NCBI GenBank assembly: GCA_037441705.1
Contig: JBBIRR010000009.1
Span: 1-64,000 of the forward strand
From: Ignavibacteriales bacterium
Lineage (GTDB): Bacteria; Bacteroidota; Ignavibacteria; UBA10030; UBA6906
Length of the DNA: 64,000 nt
Reading direction: 5' to 3'
Numbering within the stretch: position 1 is the stretch's first letter; every line of letters starts with the position of its first letter. The position numbers were made by a program, and so were the translations under genes. The notes beneath the pieces are model-generated. The model worked only from the letters and a program-made list of their open reading frames with translations. It did not search any database and was not told the DNA's origin. Of the stretch, positions 41,800 through 50,180 are shown one piece after another.

Positions 41800-43053
41800 T
41801 TACACGTATCCTTCGACAATCAGCGCGCCGCCCTGACCGCCGCCAATGCATGCGCTGGCAAGGCCGAAACCGCCGAGCTTGAGCAGCGCAATCGTCATCC
41901 GTGCGCCGGTTGCACCGAGCGGATGCCCTAACGCAATCGCTCCGCCGTTCAGGTTCACTTTTGTTCGATCAAGGTCAAGCTCGCGCTCAACGGCGAGGTA
42001 CTGTCCGCCGAACGCCTCGTTGATCTCAATGTGCTTCAGGTGTTTCCACGTAAGCCCGGCGCGCTTCAATGCAATTATTGATGCAGGGACGGGACCGATT
42101 CCCATGTAATGCGGGTCGACGCCGGCAACGCCCCAGGAAATAAGCTCACCGATCGGCTCGACGCCCAACTCTTTTGCCTTGCGCGCAGTCGTCATGACAA
42201 GCGCCGCGGCACCATCCACAATGCCGGATGAGTTGCCGCCCGTGTGCACGCCGTCGGGTTTCACAGACGGAAGTTTCGCAAGAGCAGCGAGCGTTGTATC
42301 GGGACGGGGGTTTTCGTCGGTAGAAAGAATGCGCTCCTGTCTTCCTTCACGAATCACCACCGGCGTGATCTCTTTGCTGAGCCGGCAGCGTTCCTGTGCT
42401 TCCTTCGCCTTCATCTGTGACGACAGTGCGAACGCATCCACCTCCTCGCGCGTGATGCCGTACAGGCGAACGAGATTCTCGGCCGTCCCCATCATGTCGT
42501 TGTTGATAAAAGTATCGGTGAGTCCATCCTTGAAGAGGAACATCATTCGCGGCCCAAGCATGTACGGAAAGCCAAATGCCGCCCCGTACACAAGCATCGG
42601 GGATTGCGAGGTGCTTTCGTAGCCGCCAACGATCACAACCTCGGCCTCGCCGCCCAGCAGCTCCTTCGCTCCCTGCACAATCGCCTCGCCTCCCGACCAG
42701 CAGATGCGGTTCACGGTGAGAGCGGTAGAGAAGTGTGAGAGACCCGCCTTCAGCGCGACATGCCGTGCCCCATAGTGCGAGTCAATGCTCGTGTGCATGC
42801 CGTTGCCGAAGATGGCAGCGTCAATCACCTCGGTACGATCCGCGAGGCTTGCTTGTTCGATGGCCGCCCGCGCTGCCAGCACGCCGAGATCAATCGACGA
42901 AAAGTCTTTCAGGCTTCCGCCGACGCGACCGAATGGTGTGCGCGTCGCTGAAAGAAAAACGATGCGTTCGCCAGAGTTCCGCTTGAACCACGGTAGGCCG
43001 GCGGGTTTCTCCTCTTTCACATGATAGAGGATCGTGTCAATCTTCTTTCCCAT
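41800..43053 (-). CDS. Thiolase (acetyl-CoA acyltransferase)
   Basis: RTPFG, NRICWSG, INEAF, GHPLGATG, CIGGGQG. Confidence 0.93.
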   Translation of the reverse strand: MGKKIDTILYHVKEEKPAGLPWFKRNSGERIVFLSATRTPFGRVGGSLKDFSSIDLGVLAARAAIEQASLADRTEVIDAAIFGNGMHTSIDSHYGARHVALKAGLSHFSTALTVNRICWSGGEAIVQGAKELLGGEAEVVIVGGYESTSQSPMLVYGAAFGFPYMLGPRMMFLFKDGLTDTFINNDMMGTAENLVRLYGITREEVDAFALSSQMKAKEAQERCRLSKEITPVVIREGRQERILSTDENPRPDTTLAALAKLPSVKPDGVHTGGNSSGIVDGAAALVMTTARKAKELGVEPIGELISWGVAGVDPHYMGIGPVPASIIALKRAGLTWKHLKHIEINEAFGGQYLAVERELDLDRTKVNLNGGAIALGHPLGATGARMTIALLKLGGFGLASACIGGGQGGALIVEGYV

Positions 43054-43471
43054 TCATCGTCCGCCAGATGGTGTTGAGCGTATTGATGAATTCTGATTCT
43101 TGTTGTGGGGAAAATGATCTCATCGCGTCGCGGTTGATCACCTCAGCAATGGCACTTGCACTCTGCGCGAGAGCTTTCCCTTTGGGGGTAAGAAAAACAT
43201 TGATGACGCGTCGGTCGCCGGCGACGCGGCGCCGTTCGACAAGCCCGTCGCGCTCCATCCGATCCACAATGCCGGTGATCGTCGGATTATCGAAGTAGAG
43301 TTTTTGTCCGAGCAGCGAGAGCGACGCTCCATCATGTTCACGCAGAGCTTCGAGCACGATGTACTGAGTCGCGGTGATGTTATGTTCGGAGAGTCGGGCT
43401 TCGAGCGCGCGCTTCATGCTGCGGGCCGCCCGCGCAAGAAGGAAGCCCACGCTCCCGTCGAGAGCGTTCAT
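43037..43471 (-). CDS. MarR-family regulator (BadR-like position)
   Basis: ITATQYIVL..TITGIVDRMERDGLVER..DRR..LTPKG; first gene of the aromatic operon. Confidence 0.92.
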   Translation of the reverse strand: MNALDGSVGFLLARAARSMKRALEARLSEHNITATQYIVLEALREHDGASLSLLGQKLYFDNPTITGIVDRMERDGLVERRRVAGDRRVINVFLTPKGKALAQSASAIAEVINRDAMRSFSPQQESEFINTLNTIWRTMNGKED

Positions 43472-43547
43472 GGTGCCTTTACGAACTTGGGATTATGCGC
43501 CCTGAGGAGGGTAGATTGCGGAGGATATCAGTTCAGGGCGAAGAACA

Positions 43548-43604
43548 GTTTGTACGCTGAATATTCGTACACTAATAATATAAGGCAAAAAACTCGGAAA
43601 TCAA
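43548..43604 (-). promoter_or_regulatory. Promoter and putative MarR operator of the aromatic operon
   Basis: TTGATT (43604-43599), 16-nt spacer, TATATT (43582-43577), then inverted repeat TGTACG-N9-CGTACA (43551-43571). Confidence 0.6.
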
Positions 43605-43627
43605 GGGGGTCCCGAAGATTTAATCTT

Positions 43628-44890
43628 TCAGACCATCCTTCTCGGGTCGGTAATCACCCCGGCCACCGCCGACGCTGCCGCCACGGCCGGACTTGCGAGG
43701 AAGACTTTGCTTGTCGGGTGACCGTTGCGGCCCTTGAAGTTCCGGTTGGTGGTGTAGAGGCCCACTTCGTTCTCGGCGAGGATGCCCATGTGGCCGCCGA
43801 TGCACGGGCCGCAGGTCGGCGGACTGATAGTTGCGCCCGCTTCAACGAATACCTTCAGCAACCCCTCGTCAATCATCTGCAAATACACTTGCTGCGTTGC
43901 AGGAATCACAATCATGCGCACGTCGGGCGCGACTTCACGTCCGCGCAGGAGTTCAGCGGCGATGCGAAAATCCTCAATGCGTCCGTTGGTGCAGGAGCCG
44001 AGAACCACCTGATCGATCTTTATAGAATCAATTTGTGAGATCGGTTTAACGTTGCTCGGAAGATACGGAAGCGCTACTTGTGGCTCCAGATCGGTGACAT
44101 CAATCTCCATCACCTGTGCATACTCAGCGTCTGGGTCGGAGTGGTGGATGACATACGCGCGGTCACTACGGCCGCGGATGAACTCCAGCACCTTCTCATC
44201 CGCCTCGGTGATGCCGCCTTTCGCTCCGGCTTCAATCGCCATGTTGCAGAGCGTGAACCGATCCGCAAGCGGAAGCTGCTCCACAACCTCTCCGGTAAAC
44301 TCGATCGAGGCATAGATTGCGCCCTCGACTCCGAGGATGCCGATCGTGTGGAGAATCAAATCCTTCCCTCCAACAAATTCTCCCAGTTTGCCTTTGTAAA
44401 CGATCTTGATTGACGGCGGCACTTTGAACCAATTCTCCCCTAACGCCCACGATGCGGCCATGTCGGTACTGCCAACGCCTGTGGCAAATGCACCGAGCGC
44501 CCCGTAGGTGCACGTGTGGGAGTCCGCACCGATGACGAGGTCGCCCGGCATCACAAGCCCGCTCTCCGGCACGATGCAGTGACAGAGACCCGAGCGACCG
44601 ACTTCGAAATAACTCTCGATACCGTACGTCTGGGCGAACTCGCGCATCGTTTTGGAGAGACCGGCCGCCTGAATGTCCTTCGCCGGCACAAAGTGGTCGT
44701 TGACGAGGGCAATCTTCGTCCGATCGAACACATCATCGGCGCCGATCCTGTTGAACACTTCGACCGCAAGTGGGACGGTAACATCCGTCCCCATGACAAG
44801 ATCAATGCGGGCGTAGACAAGTTCGCCGGGCCGCACAACATCACGATCCGCGTGCGCGGCGAAGATTTTTTCGGTGATGGTCATTGGCAT
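43628..44890 (-). CDS. Isopropylmalate/homoaconitate dehydratase large subunit (LeuC/HacA-like)
   Basis: MTITEKI, DHFVP, GADSHTCTYGA, GSCTNGR, CGPCIG, TNRNFKGR, LASPAVAAASA. Confidence 0.92.
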   Translation of the reverse strand: MPMTITEKIFAAHADRDVVRPGELVYARIDLVMGTDVTVPLAVEVFNRIGADDVFDRTKIALVNDHFVPAKDIQAAGLSKTMREFAQTYGIESYFEVGRSGLCHCIVPESGLVMPGDLVIGADSHTCTYGALGAFATGVGSTDMAASWALGENWFKVPPSIKIVYKGKLGEFVGGKDLILHTIGILGVEGAIYASIEFTGEVVEQLPLADRFTLCNMAIEAGAKGGITEADEKVLEFIRGRSDRAYVIHHSDPDAEYAQVMEIDVTDLEPQVALPYLPSNVKPISQIDSIKIDQVVLGSCTNGRIEDFRIAAELLRGREVAPDVRMIVIPATQQVYLQMIDEGLLKVFVEAGATISPPTCGPCIGGHMGILAENEVGLYTTNRNFKGRNGHPTSKVFLASPAVAAASAVAGVITDPRRMV

Positions 44891-44935
44891 GGTTGAGCCT
44901 CCATATTATAGACTGTTACGCTCGGCGAGGTTGAG

Positions 44936-46021
44936 TTAATCGCTGGCGGCACCTGACTTCAACACCTCCAGTACAGCCTCGCCGGCTTCACGCGTTCCCA
45001 GTGTTCCGCCGAGATCGCTTGTTGTCTTGTTCTCGCGAACGGCCTGCCGCACCGCCTGTTCCACAAGTTCGCCTTCCGCTGTGAAGCCAAGGTGCTCCAG
45101 CATCAGCGCGGCAGTGAGGATAGCACCGAAAGGATTTGCAACATTCTTGCCGGCGTATTTGGGTGCCGAGCCATGCACCGGCTCGAACATGCACACGCCG
45201 TTCGGGTTGATGTTGCCCGATGCTGCCATGCCCAGCCCGCCTTGCAGTTGCGCGCCGATATCCGTGATGATGTCGCCGAACATGTTGTTGGTGACAATCA
45301 CCTGAAATTGCTCCGGTCGTTTGATCATCTGCATCGCCAGTGCATCTATGAACCAGTGCTCTTTCTCGATATCGGGGTACTGCTCGCCGACCTCCTGAAA
45401 GACGCGATACCACAGGTCGCCCTCGAAGCGCAGCGCATTGTTCTTATCGCTCATCGTCACCTTCGAGTGACCGTGTGTTCTGGCATACTCGAATGCGTAG
45501 CGGATGATCCGCTCGACGCCTTTGTACGTGTTCACGCTTTCCTGCACCGCAACTTCGTCTTTGGTTCCCTTCTTGAAGATGCCTCCCATGCCGACGTACA
45601 GCCCTTCGGTGTTTTCACGGAAGACAACGAAGTTCACATCTTCCACACTCTTTCCTTTCAACGGACAGAGTTTTTCATCGAACAGCTTCACCGGACGGAA
45701 GTTGACATACAGGTCGAGGCCGAACCGCATACCGAAGAGAATATCCCGCGCATGAGCCATGTCGGGAATACGCGGGTCGCCGAGCGCGCCGAGAAAGATC
45801 GCGGCGTAGTTCTCGCGGAAATCCTCAAGCTGTTCTTTGGGCAGCGAGATGCCGCTGCGCAAATACTTCTCTGCGCCGAAATCAAATTGCACAAGCTCAA
45901 GATCGAGCGCGCGGCTTGACGCGATGAACTCAAGGACCTTCACCGCTTCGCGAGTGACTTCAAGACCGATGCCGTCGCCGGGAATCACGGCAATCTTATG
46001 CCGAGAAGAAGGTATCATCAT
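44936..46021 (-). CDS. Beta-decarboxylating dehydrogenase (LeuB/homoisocitrate/tartrate DH family)
   Basis: IPGDGIGLEV, RENTEGLY, DKNNA, NMFGDIITD, FEPVHGSAP. Confidence 0.9.
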   Translation of the reverse strand: MMIPSSRHKIAVIPGDGIGLEVTREAVKVLEFIASSRALDLELVQFDFGAEKYLRSGISLPKEQLEDFRENYAAIFLGALGDPRIPDMAHARDILFGMRFGLDLYVNFRPVKLFDEKLCPLKGKSVEDVNFVVFRENTEGLYVGMGGIFKKGTKDEVAVQESVNTYKGVERIIRYAFEYARTHGHSKVTMSDKNNALRFEGDLWYRVFQEVGEQYPDIEKEHWFIDALAMQMIKRPEQFQVIVTNNMFGDIITDIGAQLQGGLGMAASGNINPNGVCMFEPVHGSAPKYAGKNVANPFGAILTAALMLEHLGFTAEGELVEQAVRQAVRENKTTSDLGGTLGTREAGEAVLEVLKSGAASD

Positions 46022-46184
46022 TCGATCCTGTTCTTCAAGCGATGCTATTCACATCAATCCCCAACTGCGTTGGGAGAGCATCCGATGAGAAGAAACGGCG
46101 TTCGAAAGGGGGAAGGCCCAGCGCGGTGGATGTACGAGGAGTGATGTGAAGGAACGGGCAGTAATTTCAGAGATTGCTGTCCGA

Positions 46185-46213
46185 AGTATACAACATGGGC
46201 GCGTCAATGTCAA
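46185..46213 (-). promoter_or_regulatory. Near-consensus sigma70 promoter upstream of the leuB/leuC-like pair
   Basis: TTGACA (46213-46208), 17-nt spacer, TATACT (46190-46185). Confidence 0.75.
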
Positions 46214-46252
46214 GCGTTGCCGCAACATCAGCGCTGCGTCCGATGATGGAAA

Positions 46253-46621
46253 TTATTTTTTGAAGAACATGTAGATGGAGATAAGGAAGAGAAAACCGGC
46301 AAACAGCCTGCGCAGCGTATCGCCTGAAAGCTCTTGTGCAAGCTGCGCTCCGAAAAATGTTCCGGCAAACAGCCCGGCAGCAACAATCAACCCATCTCTG
46401 AGGTGAACCGAAGTAATGCTGCCGCTGTGATAGTAACTCCACACGCCAAGGATACCCACCGGCAGCAACAATGCGACAAGGGAGGTTCCCGTGGCCGCAT
46501 GCTGCGGCATGCCCAGCAGCAATACCAGCGCGGGGACGATCAGCACTCCTCCACCGATGCCGAACATCCCTGCGAGGATTCCGGCAGTCATTCCTATCAA
46601 GCCAAGATAGACATAGAACAT
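46253..46621 (-). CDS. Half-size TauE/SafE-family membrane protein
   Basis: AGILAGMFGIGGGVLIVPAL..HAATGTSL; 122 aa. Confidence 0.8.
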   Translation of the reverse strand: MFYVYLGLIGMTAGILAGMFGIGGGVLIVPALVLLLGMPQHAATGTSLVALLLPVGILGVWSYYHSGSITSVHLRDGLIVAAGLFAGTFFGAQLAQELSGDTLRRLFAGFLFLISIYMFFKK

Positions 46622-46664
46622 TCTACCCTCTTTGTTTTGTGGGTTGATGATTTTGGAAGAATCC

Positions 46665-47600
46665 TCATCCGTCTGCTACAAACAACCGATGGATGGCAGC
46701 GGCTACCTGTGCCGCGTTTTCGTACTCCTCCATCTTTATCCATCGGATTCTCTTGTCGCGCCTGAACCAGGTGAGCTGCCGTTTTGCATACCGGCGTGAA
46801 TTCTGTTTAAAGAGGCGCACCATCTCGTCATAGGAAATCTCTCCGCGCCGGTAGGCAAACACTTCGGCGTAGCCCACCGTATTGAGTGCATTCAGCCTCG
46901 GTGTGTAGCCTCGCTGTTCGAGCGCTTCAACTTCTTCTATAAGCCCCGCGCGCAGCATCTCCTCGCACCGCTTATCAATGCGGTCATAGAGCGTTTGCCG
47001 TTCCCACGCCAAGCCGAAGAGCACGGGGGTAAAGGTGATCGCCTTTTGGGCTTCGCGATGCAGTTGCGAGATCGGCTTGCCGGTGAGGTGATAGACCTCC
47101 AGCGCTCGAATGATGCGTCGCGGTTTTGTCGGGTCGATTCGCGCAGCCGAGACGGGGTCGACGGCGCGCAGTTCTTCGATCAGGTGCGGAAGCTCACCCG
47201 CCGCAATCCGACGCTCGAGCGCCGCGCGAAATTCTCTGTCGGCCGACGGCCCTTCGAAGATGCCGTCAATCAGCGCCTGAACGTACAGGCCGGAGCCTCC
47301 GACAACAATCGGCGTGCGGGCGCGGGCGAAGATCTCTTCAACAACCTGCGCTGCGCGCTCGCCGAACTCGCCCGCGCTGAAGTCTCTCTCGGGTGGAAAC
47401 TCGTCTACAAAGTGATGGGGGACTTCCTGGCGCTGCGTGCGCGCAGGTTTCGCCGTGCCGATATCGAGCAACTGGTAAATCTGTCGCGAGTCGGCCGAGA
47501 TGATTTCCGACGGCAACAGTTTTGCAAGCTCCATCGCCACTGTTGTTTTCCCGGAGGCGGTCGGTCCGACCAGCACGAGAACCTTCCTTCCCTGTTGCAT
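46665..47600 (-). CDS. miaA: tRNA dimethylallyltransferase
   Basis: GPTASGKT, ISADSRQIY, DIGTAKP, VGGSGLY, RIIRALEV, YAKRQLTWF. Confidence 0.97.
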   Translation of the reverse strand: MQQGRKVLVLVGPTASGKTTVAMELAKLLPSEIISADSRQIYQLLDIGTAKPARTQRQEVPHHFVDEFPPERDFSAGEFGERAAQVVEEIFARARTPIVVGGSGLYVQALIDGIFEGPSADREFRAALERRIAAGELPHLIEELRAVDPVSAARIDPTKPRRIIRALEVYHLTGKPISQLHREAQKAITFTPVLFGLAWERQTLYDRIDKRCEEMLRAGLIEEVEALEQRGYTPRLNALNTVGYAEVFAYRRGEISYDEMVRLFKQNSRRYAKRQLTWFRRDKRIRWIKMEEYENAAQVAAAIHRLFVADG

Positions 47601-47640
47601 CGGCACAGCTACCGGTGGTGGAGAGGGAATCCGCCGTCAC

Positions 47641-48279
47641 TCACTTCGCCCATCCCAACTTTCCGACCAGCGGGACGAACTTGAACCCGAAGGCCTCCTT
47701 GCGCTCGTACTCCTCGCCGCGGCGTGTCACGACAAGAAGATTCTGGACATCGAGATCGCCCACCGGAATGACCAGCCTGCCGCCATCGGCAAGTTGCTTG
47801 AGAAGCGGTTCGGGCACGTCGGGTGCCGCGGCAGTAACAATGATGCCGTCATACGGCGCGAATTCGCTCCATCCAACTGTTCCATCGCCTACTTTTGATG
47901 CTACGCGATAGCCGAGCCGATCCAGCACCTTTTGTGCACGGCTGAGCAATTCCATATGCCGCTCGATGGTGAAGACGCGCGCGCCCATTTCCGCCAGAAT
48001 CGCCGCCTGATACCCCGACCCCGTTCCCACCTCCAGCACTTTGTCGCCGGGCTTGACCTCGAGTGCTTGCGTCATGAATGCGACCGTGTAGGGCTGCGAG
48101 ATGGTTTGCATCATCCCGATGGGGAGTGCGGAATCCTCGTACGCTCGATTGGTGAACGGAGGCGGAACGAACAGATGCCGCGGCACTTTTGCCATGCTGG
48201 CCAGAAGTCGCTCGTCGCTGATGCCGCGCTCTTTCAGCAGCGCGATCATTTCCTGTATTTCTTCGTCGAATCTTCCCAC
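47641..48279 (-). CDS. pcm: Protein-L-isoaspartate O-methyltransferase
   Basis: VPRHLFV, QTISQPY, VLEVGTGSGYQAA, APYDGIIVTAA, FVPLVG. Confidence 0.96.
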   Translation of the reverse strand: MGRFDEEIQEMIALLKERGISDERLLASMAKVPRHLFVPPPFTNRAYEDSALPIGMMQTISQPYTVAFMTQALEVKPGDKVLEVGTGSGYQAAILAEMGARVFTIERHMELLSRAQKVLDRLGYRVASKVGDGTVGWSEFAPYDGIIVTAAAPDVPEPLLKQLADGGRLVIPVGDLDVQNLLVVTRRGEEYERKEAFGFKFVPLVGKLGWAK

Positions 48280-48305
48280 GATGAATTCTCGTTGTTACAT
48301 AACGT

Positions 48306-49124
48306 TTACTCCGAGTTACGGATGAGCCGCATAATCGACCGGATGGATTTGTCGGAGTCTGTGGTGAGGCGTTCCTTCAGTTCGCGGCGCAGAACGGCGG
48401 GCGTGAAGCCGCGCTTGAGCACACCGTTCTCGGCCACCGAGATCGTTCCCGTTTCCTCCGAGACAACAACAACGACGACGTCCGCTTGTTCCGAGATGCC
48501 GAGCGCGGCGCGGTGGCGTGTCCCCAACTGCTGCCCCTCCCACTCCGCCGTGCTGGAAAGCGGCAGAATCACACGCGCGGCTTCGATGAGACGATCCTTG
48601 ATAACGATCGCCCCGTCGTGCAGCGGCGATCTTGGATTGAAGATCGAGAGAATGAGGGAACGGCTCACGAGGGCTTCCATCTTGGTTCCCGTCTCTACAT
48701 ACGTCTTGATGCCCGTCGCGCGAACGAAGATAATGAGCGCCCCCTGTTTCTTTCGCGAAAGCTCGGTCACCGCGCCAACCACTTCGTTGATCGATTCGTC
48801 AACGTCCATCTTGATGAAATAGCGCACGGCAGGATTTCTGCCGACGAGGACCAGCAGGCGCCGCAATTCGGGCTGGAACAGGACGATGAATGCGATCACC
48901 CAGATGTCTGTCAGCGTGCGCAGAATCCAGCTCATGGCGCGCAGATTCACCGCCTGCGCAACGAAGGAGAACGCCAGAATCACCACCAGGCCGGCAAAGA
49001 TCTGCGCTGCGATCGTTCCCTTCATCACCAGATACAAACGGTAGAAGATAAACGACACCAGCGCCACATCCAGCAGATCGACGAGCGTGAACGAGAGGAA
49101 CCCTATTTTGAACAACTCTATCAC
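48306..49124 (-). CDS. dacA: Diadenylate cyclase (CdaA/DacA)
   Basis: Three N-terminal TMs, FQPELRR, SPLHDGA, LGTRHRAA, VSEETG. Confidence 0.93.
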   Translation of the reverse strand: MIELFKIGFLSFTLVDLLDVALVSFIFYRLYLVMKGTIAAQIFAGLVVILAFSFVAQAVNLRAMSWILRTLTDIWVIAFIVLFQPELRRLLVLVGRNPAVRYFIKMDVDESINEVVGAVTELSRKKQGALIIFVRATGIKTYVETGTKMEALVSRSLILSIFNPRSPLHDGAIVIKDRLIEAARVILPLSSTAEWEGQQLGTRHRAALGISEQADVVVVVVSEETGTISVAENGVLKRGFTPAVLRRELKERLTTDSDKSIRSIMRLIRNSE

Positions 49125-50014
49125 GCCACACCCGATTGTACGTGATGGTCGGCTGCTGCGCGCACGATGGCATCGGCAATCGTGATCGCGCGTTTTGTCG
49201 GAAGAACATCATGCACGCGCAGGATACTGGCACCGTGCTGCACAGCGGCAACGGCTGCCGCCAGCGAACCCTCAAGCCGCTCATCCGGCGGCAGGTCCAG
49301 CAGGGCCCCGATGAAACTCTTGCGCGATGCGCCAACAAGAATCGGATAGCCGAGTGAACAAAATTCGTCCAGCCTGCCGATGAGCTGGAGGTTGTGTTCG
49401 AGCCGCTTGCCGAATCCGATGCCGGGATCGATCATGATTTGGTTGATGCCCGCCCGCCGCGCAATCGCAATTCCTTCGGCAAGATATGCTTTAACCTCGC
49501 CAATCAGATCTTCATACGCGGGATTGAGCTGCATCGTCTTGGGTGTTCCTTTGATGTGCATAATAACGGCGGAGGCGCCGGCCCGGCCGATCACGTCAGC
49601 CATCCCGGGATCGAAGCGCAACCCGCTGATATCGTTGACAATAGTCGCTCCGGCTTCGAGTGCTCGACGGGCAACATCGGCCTTGTAGGTATCAATGCTG
49701 ATGGGGATGTCTGTCTCTTTTGCGAGACGTTCAATTACAGGAAGAACGCGACGCAACTCCTCCTCTACACTCACCGGCTCGGCCCCTTCCCCGTAGGCCG
49801 CACTCTTCGGACGCGTAGACTCCCCTCCCACATCAATGAAGTCGGCCCCCTCCTCAATCATCTCCAGCGCCCGTGCCACCGCTGCCTCCGGGTCCAGATA
49901 TTTCCCCCCATCCGAAAAAGAATCCGGAGTGACATTCAGAACGCCCATCAGGTGCGTACGCGAGGAGAGATCGTACTCGCGGCTGCCAAATCGGTATCGA
50001 AGAACCTCAGGCAT
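49121..50014 (-). CDS. folP: Dihydropteroate synthase
   Basis: MGVLNVTPDSFSDGG, DVGGESTRP, SIDT, DPGIGFGK, SRKSF, RVHDV. Confidence 0.97.
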   Translation of the reverse strand: MPEVLRYRFGSREYDLSSRTHLMGVLNVTPDSFSDGGKYLDPEAAVARALEMIEEGADFIDVGGESTRPKSAAYGEGAEPVSVEEELRRVLPVIERLAKETDIPISIDTYKADVARRALEAGATIVNDISGLRFDPGMADVIGRAGASAVIMHIKGTPKTMQLNPAYEDLIGEVKAYLAEGIAIARRAGINQIMIDPGIGFGKRLEHNLQLIGRLDEFCSLGYPILVGASRKSFIGALLDLPPDERLEGSLAAAVAAVQHGASILRVHDVLPTKRAITIADAIVRAAADHHVQSGVA

Positions 50015-50028
50015 GCTTCCGTCAAAGC

Positions 50029-50054
50029 AAAAAAGGTGACTTCCTCAGTCACCC
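50029..50054 (-). terminator. Intrinsic terminator after the 33-aa ORF
   Basis: Minus strand GGTGACT-GAGGA-AGTCACC-TTTTTT. Confidence 0.75.
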
Positions 50055-50063
50055 TCTTGCGCC

Positions 50064-50165
50064 TCACGATGATGTTTTCTTTTCTCGTTCCGCCTTGCGC
50101 TTTGCCTTCATGCGCTCGACGGCTTTCTTGTGCTTCTTCCGGACGGCTTTCAGTTTCTTGTTCAT
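50064..50165 (-). CDS. Unannotated 33-aa Lys/Arg-rich small protein
   Basis: MNKKLKAVRKKHKKAVERMKAKRKAEREKKTSS*; SD-like AAGGA upstream and a terminator just after the stop. Too short for the ORF track. Confidence 0.65.
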   Translation of the reverse strand: MNKKLKAVRKKHKKAVERMKAKRKAEREKKTSS

Positions 50166-50180
50166 GCATTCGTTCCTTTT

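Noticed and set aside
46022-46184. Leucine attenuator, T-box or riboswitch in the leuB-like leader
   Set aside because: The only short ORF (MLSQRSWGLM) is not Leu-rich, and I see no terminator/antiterminator or T-box motif; an Rfam scan would be needed to exclude it fully.
48306-50014. c-di-AMP cyclase in a diderm bacterium as a novelty or CBASS-like defence gene
   Set aside because: It is an ordinary membrane CdaA next to folP, a known housekeeping arrangement, with no effector genes.
49948-50169. 73-aa ORF from the ORF track
   Set aside because: It runs through a terminator into folP; the 33-aa frame (50064-50165) fits the SD, stop and terminator better.
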